From positions 515 through 64,514 of the forward strand of contig CALEJU010000010.1 in the NCBI GenBank assembly GCA_937898755.1: 64,000 nucleotides of DNA, given 5' to 3'. Source of the DNA: an uncultured Acidobacteriota bacterium (lineage in GTDB: Bacteria; Acidobacteriota; Terriglobia; Terriglobales; SCQP01). The position numbers were made by a program, and so were the translations under genes. Below, one piece after another: positions 37,489 to 46,100 of this stretch. Under the pieces are notes generated by a model. That model ran no database searches. It was given only the letters and a program-made list of their open reading frames with translations, and was not told where the DNA came from. Position 1 is the first letter of the stretch; the number at the start of each line of letters is the position of its first letter.

Positions 37489-40011
37489 ATGGCTGGAGGG
37501 GGACACAACTCGCGACAGCCGCCGCAGGGCGGCGCCACCGGTGGTCGGCAGCGACCGCCGCGCGCCCGGCTCGCGGCCCACTCGCGCTGGGTGTTCCACC
37601 ATGCCGGTTACGGCATCAGCCTGGTGGTCACACTGGCGGCGGTGGCGTTTTACGTGCACGGGTTGCGCGCCGCCAACCATCGAGGATTTTGGGACCGTCT
37701 CGAGTACCGTTCACTCGATGCGCGGTTCCTGTACCGCGCCCAGTTTTTCCCGCAGCGCCCGGCACCGCAGATCGTGCTGGTCACGGTGGACCAGGCGACG
37801 CTGGAAGCGGTGGGGGCGTGGCCGATCTCACGCCTGCACTATGCCCACGTGATTGACCGGCTGGCCGCCGCCGGGGCGCGCGTCATCGCCTTCGACATTG
37901 ATTTCGCCAAGCCGGATCCAGCCTCCGGACTGCAGGCGGTTCACGCCCTGGCCGGGGCACTTCCCGGCGATGCACCCCTGCAGCTGGCCGCGCAGCAGCT
38001 CAGCCGGCAGTTGGACACCGACAAGCAGCTGGCGGCGGCGATTGCGCGTCACGCCGACCGCGTGGTGCTGGGCTACACCTTCCTCGACGAGGCGGACAGC
38101 AAGGCGCAGGACGCGGCAGTGCGCCTGCAGAACGACACCTACCTGCTCGATCCGGTCTACAACCTGCACCCCGCCGGCGGGTTGAAGACGGCGCCGGCCG
38201 CAGCCTTCGCCACCGCGGTGGGCCACCGCCCGGAACTCTTCAAGCCGGGTGCGGAGATGAACTATCCCGTCATCTCGGAGGCCGCCGCGCGGCGGTTGGC
38301 GGGGTACTTCAACTACCTGCCCGACGTGGATGGGTCCTTCCGTCGCGCTCCCCTGGTGATGGGGCACAGTCCGGTCGTACCCGGATTCACCGAGGGCGAC
38401 GCCCTGACCCTCTATCCCTCCGAGGACGTGCAGATCTACAACCTGTACCAGTACCCGGCCGGGACTGATCCCGCCACCGTGGCGCCGCCGGATCTGTACA
38501 TCAACCCGGTCGGCGTTCAGTCCATCCGCTTCCGCAACGACGAGATCACGCCCGACCCGGACGGCACGCTGCTGATCAACTACCCCGGCCCGAAACAGAC
38601 GTATCCACATCTGTCGCTGGCCGCGGTCGAGGCGGGACACTTCCCGCCGCATGTCTTCGAGAACAAGATTGTACTGATCGGCGCCACGGCGCTGGGCATC
38701 GGCGACCTGCGCACCACGCCGGTTTCGACCGCCGCCGATTTCCCGGGGGTGGAGATCCACGCCGCGGTGCTCGGCAACTTGCTGCAACACAATTTCCTGC
38801 GGCACGGCTTCCAGGTCGAAATGGTTGACTTGGGCGTGCTGTTGCTCTTCGGTCTGGGTCTCGGGGCACTCTTCAGCCGCCTGTCACCGCTGCACGCCAC
38901 GCTGGCGTTCCTATGCACTGCCGCGGTGTTCACCGTGGCGGTGGTGGTGGCGTTCATCGCCGCCTCGGTGTGGTTGGCCTTCGTCCTGCCCGCCGCCACG
39001 TTGTTCGTCAATTTCGGCGCCGTGACCAGCTACCGCGTCGTTTTCGAGGACCGCGAAAAGCGGCGTGTGCGGCGCTCCTTTGGGCAGTACGTCGCCCCGG
39101 AAGTGGTGGAGCTGATTGAACGCGACCCGGAGCGCTTTCTGGCGGCGGGCGGCGAGACGCGCGAGCTGACGATTTTCTTCAGCGACATCCGCGGCTTCAC
39201 CGGACTCTCCGAGGGGTTGAGCCCGGAGGAACTGGTGACGGCGCTCAACGAGTACTTCGAGCGCATGACGGCGGCGCTCTTCCACCGCCAGGGCACGCTC
39301 GACAAGTACATCGGCGACGCCATCATGGCTTTTTGGGGCGCTCCCTCCCGGCAACCCGATCATGCGGTGAAGGCCTGCGCCGCCGCGCTCGAGATGCGGG
39401 CCGCGCTGGCCGAGTTGAATCGGGGCTTCCGCGGGCGCGGTCTGTCCGAGCTGGGCGTGGGCATCGGGCTCAACAGCGGCCCGGCGGTGGTCGGCAACAT
39501 GGGCTCCACGGTGCGCTTCAACTACACCGTGATGGGCGATGCGGTCAACCTTGCCTCGCGGCTGGAAGGCATGACCAAGCAGTACGGCGTGGCCATCCTC
39601 GTCAGCGAAGCGACGCGGCGCGCAGTGGGCGATCGCTTCGTGTTCCGCGAGTTGGACGTCATCCGGGTCAAGGGCAAGACGCAGCCGGTGCGGGTTTTCG
39701 AGTTGCTGGACTTCGTGCTGCATGAACGCCGCCAAGGTGCGGCACGACGCAAGGGGCCGGACCGCCGGCAGGGCCGCAGTCCGATTGCCGCCACGGCGCC
39801 GACTTACCCGCGCATGCTGCAACTTTATGAAGTGGCCTACGCGGCTTATGGGCAACGGGACTTCCGCACCGCGCATGCCCGCTTTGTCGAGCTGTTACGG
39901 GAATTTCCGCAGGACGGCCCCAGTCGATTGCTGGCGGACCGCTGCGCGCAGTTCCTCGTGGAGGAGCCCTCGCACGACTGGGACGGGGTGTATGTCATGC
40001 ACACCAAATGA
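37489..40011 (+). CDS. CHASE2-sensor class III adenylate cyclase
   Basis: 840 aa: TM helix, ~350-aa periplasmic domain, three TM helices, then the cyclase domain (FFSDIRGFTGLSE, DKYIGDAIMAFWGAP, GLNSGPAVVGNMGS, YTVMGDAVNLASRLE) and a helical tail. Confidence 0.9.
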   Translation: MAGGGHNSRQPPQGGATGGRQRPPRARLAAHSRWVFHHAGYGISLVVTLAAVAFYVHGLRAANHRGFWDRLEYRSLDARFLYRAQFFPQRPAPQIVLVTVDQATLEAVGAWPISRLHYAHVIDRLAAAGARVIAFDIDFAKPDPASGLQAVHALAGALPGDAPLQLAAQQLSRQLDTDKQLAAAIARHADRVVLGYTFLDEADSKAQDAAVRLQNDTYLLDPVYNLHPAGGLKTAPAAAFATAVGHRPELFKPGAEMNYPVISEAAARRLAGYFNYLPDVDGSFRRAPLVMGHSPVVPGFTEGDALTLYPSEDVQIYNLYQYPAGTDPATVAPPDLYINPVGVQSIRFRNDEITPDPDGTLLINYPGPKQTYPHLSLAAVEAGHFPPHVFENKIVLIGATALGIGDLRTTPVSTAADFPGVEIHAAVLGNLLQHNFLRHGFQVEMVDLGVLLLFGLGLGALFSRLSPLHATLAFLCTAAVFTVAVVVAFIAASVWLAFVLPAATLFVNFGAVTSYRVVFEDREKRRVRRSFGQYVAPEVVELIERDPERFLAAGGETRELTIFFSDIRGFTGLSEGLSPEELVTALNEYFERMTAALFHRQGTLDKYIGDAIMAFWGAPSRQPDHAVKACAAALEMRAALAELNRGFRGRGLSELGVGIGLNSGPAVVGNMGSTVRFNYTVMGDAVNLASRLEGMTKQYGVAILVSEATRRAVGDRFVFRELDVIRVKGKTQPVRVFELLDFVLHERRQGAARRKGPDRRQGRSPIAATAPTYPRMLQLYEVAYAAYGQRDFRTAHARFVELLREFPQDGPSRLLADRCAQFLVEEPSHDWDGVYVMHTK

Positions 40012-40028
40012 GAGGGGTGCGGCGTGCA

Positions 40029-40049
40029 GGCGGCCTAAACCGGGCCGCC
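40029..40049 (+). other. Intercistronic hairpin between the cyclase and the giant gene
   Basis: GGCGGCC-TAAACCG-GGCCGCC: a 7-bp GC stem with no T tract. Confidence 0.4.
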
Positions 40050-40121
40050 ACGGAATGGAGCAAGAGGGTTGAACGGTGGTGCGTCGCGGGTGCGGCTCAC
40101 CGGGCAAGGATCGAAGGATTG

Positions 40122-43100
40122 ATGCAGGAACGGAGCAAACTCATGGGTAACTGGGCGTTAGGATTGGACGGGAAGGCAGGGCTGGTACGCGCGCTGGGCG
40201 CCATGTCCGTTCTCGCGGTGGGCTTGATGGCGGCCGCGCCCGCGCCCACCGTGGCGGGCAAGGTCGGCGCCGTGCTGCCCAATGCCACCATCGCTCCGCA
40301 GCAGCCGACCGCGGCGATGCTCGCCAAGCTGCCCGCCGCCAAGAAGGGCGACTCCGTCTCCTACCAGCAGTACGTTGCCACGTCCAACAGCGGCCGCCTG
40401 CGTCTCGACATGGAGGACGGTTCGGTCCTCAACATCGGCAGTTCCGCTCTGGTCCGGGTTCTCCCCAGCAACACCGGTCGGCACGCCAGCGCGCTGCAAC
40501 TGGTTTACGGCAAGATCCGCGAGTACGGCAACGGCACGCACAACGGGCAGCAGATCACGACCCCCACGGCCGTGGCCGGGGTGATCGGCACCGACGTCTT
40601 TCTCGACGCCTCACCCTTTAACTCCTCGATCACCGTGCTCTCCGGTACGGTAACCGTGTCGAGCAGCAATCCCGGAATCGGTGGCGGTGTCACGCTCACC
40701 GCCGGCGAGCATGCGGATGTGGGCGCCAACAGGGCCCCCCTGAAACGGCCGGCCACGCCACAGGAAGTGCAGCAGGCGTTGCAGTCCACCGACCCGCTGG
40801 CCTTGGAATTTAACGTTCCGGACAGCCTGAAGCCGGGTGCACCGCCGCAGTCAGGTTACGTCCAAGGCAAGGGGGTGGAGCAGATAGATCCCGCCGCCAG
40901 CTCGATCGAAGGCGCCGGCATGCTGCTCAAACTACAGCCTCTGCAGGGACAGCGGTTGACGTTCACCTTGCAGGCGCTCACCCAAGCGGTGCATGGCGCT
41001 CACGCCGTGCATTTCCGGACCAGGAGCGGCGAGAACATTGACACTTCGGTGCTGGTCAGCAGCTTGAACCCGCCGACGGCCCAGCCCGGCCCGGCGCTGA
41101 GCGTCACCCAGGGGGCGCCCGCCACCTTCAATGGCGCCAAATCCTCCAGCCCGAACGGGGCCATTGCCTCCTACGACTGGTTGTTGCGCGGCGTCGGTCA
41201 GCTCAGCCGCGGGGACACCTTTGTCGTCAATACCGGCGGCATAGAACCCGGAACCTACGATGTGCAATTGACCGTGGTGGATGCCGCGGGGATGACAGCC
41301 ACGGCAGTCACCAAGCTCACCATCACGCGCGCCACCCAGGCGCCGGTCGCCAAGTTCCAGATTCCCAGCAAGGTGATGCAGGGCTCGTTGCTCATGCTCG
41401 ATGCATCCGCTTCGCAAGCACGCGACGGCGCCTCGCTGCGTTCCTATTCGTGGAGCAGTCCTGATTTTGCGTTGAGCGCCAGCGGCGCGACCGTGCAGGT
41501 GAATACGTCGAACCTGTACGTCGGAACCACGTACAACATCCGCTTGGAAGTGACCGACTCCAACGGCGTGGTCAGCTCCCTGACACTGCCCGTCGTCCTG
41601 AGTCCGGCGGCCCTACCCGTCGCGGCGCCGGGACAGGCACAGCGCGTGACGGCGGGCACGACCGCCACCTTTGATGGCAGCCAGTCCACGGCTTCCAGCG
41701 GACGGATCACCACTTACAGTTGGAGGCTGGACCCGCCGCCGGGGCAGCAGTTCAACGGCAGCCCCACTGTCCTCGTCGGGGACCGTCCCAGCTTCAGTAT
41801 CGACACCACCGCACTGTCGCCCGGCGATTACACCCTCACGTTGGTCGTCACCGATGCCGCCGGACAGACCGGCACGGCCGCCACCAAGCTCACGGTCATG
41901 CCCGGAGCCAGCAGCAGCGGCACCCCGCAGGACGTCGTCCAGACGCTCGGGAACGCCTATCAGGCCCTGAATTCCAGTCAGTTCTTGTCGCACTTCTCCA
42001 GCGGTCAATCCGGCTACGACCCTTTCCCAAGCTACGAGGCGCTGGCCGAAAACTTCAAGTCCTCCTTCAGTCAGCTGCAGTCCGCCACGGTCAACATCCA
42101 GATCGCCAACGTGCAAACCCAGGGCAACTACGCGACGGTGTTCGCCAACTGGACCATCAACTACACCTTTAAAGCCAACGGCGCGACGGGTTCACTGAAA
42201 GAAAATCTGACTATCCGCCTGGAGAATGTCGCAGGCGGCGGCTGGTTGATCACCGACTTCCAGGGCTCGACCGGCAAGGTGGGCACCAACAGCGGCGGCC
42301 AACTGCAACTGGGCAAGACGCCAGCGTCCGCCGTGGCCAACTTCACACTGTCCGGCTTTACCGCCGCGGCCGCGGTCGCTTCCGGAGCAACGGCGACGGT
42401 GAGTGTGACGGCCAGCAACAATGGCAGCGGCGACGCGGCGGCCTCGAAAATCGCGCTCACCCTGCAGGGCGTCGACGCGCCGGTGGGCACCATTCCAGTT
42501 CCCCCGCTGGCGCATGGCGCGTCGGCCGCCCTGACGGGGACGTTCCAGGCACCGGCCACGGTCTCCGGTGCAAACCTGACGCTGGTGGCCACCATCAACG
42601 CCGATCGCTCTGTGTCCGAGTCGAACTTTGACGACGACACGGCGAAGACCACCATTACGGTCGGTCTTCCCGATCTGAGCGTCAGCGCCGTCACTGCGCC
42701 GAATAACGTTCTGCTGCCCGGCGTCCCGGGCACGCTCACCGCCACGGTCGCCAACGGCGGCCTGATCGCGAGCGCTCCCACCACGTTGGTGGCAACACTG
42801 GGAGCGGCAGCGGTGCAAATCGGGACAGGGGCGGTGCCCAACGTCAATCCCGGGCAGAGCGTTCAGGTTACGATTCCGGTCAATACGCCGGCCAACCTCA
42901 GCGGCCCGCAACCGATTGCCGTTACCGTCAACCCAACCCACGCCTTGGCCGAGTCTTCTTACGCCAACAACACCTTTACGGGAACGATCATTGCCGGGCA
43001 GCCCGATCTGGTGGTGGGCACGAGTTCGGTCATTCCAAACCCGCTCGTCGCAGGCACGCCGGGCACACTCGCCGTGGTGGTCACCAACCAAGGTACGGCG

Positions 43101-46100
43101 CCCTCGGCGGCGACCACGCTCATCGCGACCGGGGATGTTTCCGGTACCCAGAATGTTCCGGTCATCAACGCCGGGCAGAGCGCCACGGTGAACATCTCCT
43201 TCACGACGCCGGAGGAGGGCACCTACAACGTCAACCTGGCGATAACTGCGGATCCCAACGAGAGCAACAAGACCAACAATACCGGCAAGGCCAGCTTCCA
43301 AGTCGGTGCGCCGGACTACATCGTGCAGAGCGCGGGTTTGCTGCAGAACGGCAGCCCGGTCACGCAGGTGCACCCCGGCGATTCCTTCAATACGACGATC
43401 ACCCTCGCCGATATCGGCCAGAGCGATCCGGCAGCCGCCGGCACGGTGGCCGTGCATGTCGCGGTCAGTGGACCGCAGGGGCAGGTGTACTCCAACGACT
43501 TCAATTCGGCGCTGCCCACCCTCACGCATCCTGTCACGAACGTGAGCGCCGCGGTTGCGCTGGGGCCGAACGCCGTACCCGGCTCCTACACCGCGACCGT
43601 GACGGTGAACCCGGGCGGCGCGGTGCACGAAAGCAGTACCGCCAACAACACCCTCCAGTTCAGTTTCACGATCCTGAAGCAGGCGGACTACGTGGTGCAG
43701 AGCGCCAACCTGACCGTGGGCGGCAGCGTTGCCTCGCTTCTGCATCTGGGCGACACGCCGACGCTCAACTTCACGGTTGCCAATCAAGGTCAGACCGACC
43801 CCCCGGCGGGCGCCAAGCTCACGGTGGCTTACGCGGTGGCAGGACCCGGCAAAAATCTGCCCAGCGGCACCGTCAGCATCGCGGCTCCGACGCTTGCTCA
43901 GGCGACCCCCGCGAGCGTCACCTTCAACCCGTTGGGTCAGGACGCAACTCCCGGCACCTACACCATCACGGTGACCGCCAATAGCGATGGCGCGTTACCT
44001 GACGGCAACCCCGGCAACAACACCTTCCAGTTCCAAATCACGGTGGCCGGCGTGCCGGACTATGTCGTGCAGACGGCCAATGTTGCGGTCAACGGCAGCG
44101 CGGTCTCGCTCCTGCATGTGGGCGACTCCCCGGTGCTGAACTTCACCCTGGCCGATATCGGAATGTCCGATCCCCCGGCCGGTTCCGCGGTGACCGTCAC
44201 CTTCAGCGTCGCCGGACCGGGCAAGAACTCACCTACGGGCACGCAAAAGGTCCCCGCTCCTACCCGGACTCAGACAAGCACCGGCAGCTTCCCGCTGGGA
44301 ACGCTCGACAGTCAGGCCACGCCCGGCACCTACACCATCACCGTTACAGTGAACGGCGATGGGGCGCTGCCGGACGCCAATCCGGGCAACAACACCTTCC
44401 AGGTCCAAGTCACCATCGCCGGTGCCGCCGACTACATCGTGCAGAGCGCCAACGCCTCGCTCAACGGCTCGGTTACCAACGTGTTGCACGCCAACGACGC
44501 ACCGACCCTCAACTTCACGCTTTCCAACATCGGCCAAGTGGATCCGCCGGCGGGCACCATGATCGCCGTGGCTTACGCCGTTACTGGGCCGGGCCAAAAC
44601 CTGCCCTCGGGGACGACGCAGGTTGCAGCTCCGACGCAGGCACAGCCGACGGGCGGCAGCTTTGCCGTTCCATCGATCGGTCCCAATCCCACGCCAGGCA
44701 CTTACACGGTGACGGTGACGGTCAATCCGGATCACGCCGTTCCGGAAGGGAATTTCAACAACGACAGTCGGCAGTTCCAGATCACTGTGGCCGGGGTGGC
44801 AGATTATACGGTGCCGGCAGCGGGCTTGCTGGTCAACGGCACCCTGGTCTCCCCAGCCACCGTGGCTTCCGGTACAACGGTTCAAATCGGTTTCGTCGTA
44901 ACAAATCTCGGATCAGGCGATCCGCCCCGCGGCGCCCAGATTTTAGTGAGTTACACCGACAGTCTGAACAACAAGCAGACTCAGACAGTCTTCGCACCCA
45001 TCCATTCTCAAAACTCATCCGGGAGTTTCACACTGCAGATTCCGGCCACGGCTGCCGCCGGAACGGTGGTGACCGGCACCATTACGGTGAACAGCGATGG
45101 AGCCCTGCCTGAGTCCAACCCCGCCAATGATTCGGCCCCGTTTACGCTGAACATTGCCACTGCGGCGCCATTCAGCGTCATCGGTCCGGGCGGGACGGCA
45201 CCCGCACTGGTTGCCGCGACCACGTTCTCGAACACCGAAAACCAAACGAGCGTGGTCGTCGGCTATACGGCGTCCGCCACCACCTTGGAAAATGCCACGC
45301 TGAGCATCCAGAACAACAGCCCGCTCGCCATCAGCTTCGATAGCAGCGGAAACGTCATCTCAACGACGAATCCCACGCAGCGCATCCTCGTCGACAGCAG
45401 CAATGGCGCTCCTGCGGGGAACTACAGCTTTACGGTTTCCGGCAAAACCGCCTCGGGACTGAATCTTGTGCCGGTGCAGGTCAACGTCATGGTGGTGGAT
45501 GTGACGCTGGCGCCGGTCACCACACCCGTGCAGGTGCTGCGCAATGACAGCAATGGCGTCAGTTTCCCGCTGACGTTTAATGGGTATTTCCCGTGCGCCG
45601 TGGCGTTCCCAGGTAACCTTGGGGGCGGGCTCACCGGAGTGTTTGTCTTTGAGCCCGGGATTGGGGCTGCAGGCCGCCAGCGTCCCACCGCGCGCCCGGA
45701 ACTGACTTCCAGTGCAGGCGTTTGTACGGGATTCCAGCCCAACGCTGCCGTGAAGCTGCAGGCGCAGGCCTTCGATGTGAATCCGGTCCTCCAGACCGCG
45801 ACGCTTCAAGTGTCGGTGGCTGGGCTCCGCTCGACAAAATCCTTCACCCTGCCGGTCAACGTCTATGACTTCCTATTGACGGCCACCCCCGCCAGTCAGG
45901 CCAATCATCGCCTGAGCCTGACCATCGGAACGCCCACGACAATTACGCTCGCGCTGGTTCCCATCAACACCAGCCAGACGCTGACCGCCAACCTGACGCT
46001 GACCCCGACCGTCTTGTCTGCAGATCCCTCGGTCGTAAAGCTCTCCAGTGTGCCGGCCACCATCAGCAGCGGTACGCCGGTGACCTATCAAGTCACCACC

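Noticed and set aside
40008-40121. An N-terminal extension of the giant protein from the ATG that overlaps the cyclase stop (ATGA)
   Set aside because: It is not excluded. However, the 38 extra codons use several rare codons (AGA, CTA, AGG, GGA) and contain a GC hairpin, and better SD-spaced ATGs exist at 40122 and 40143. It is kept as an alternative start rather than the call.
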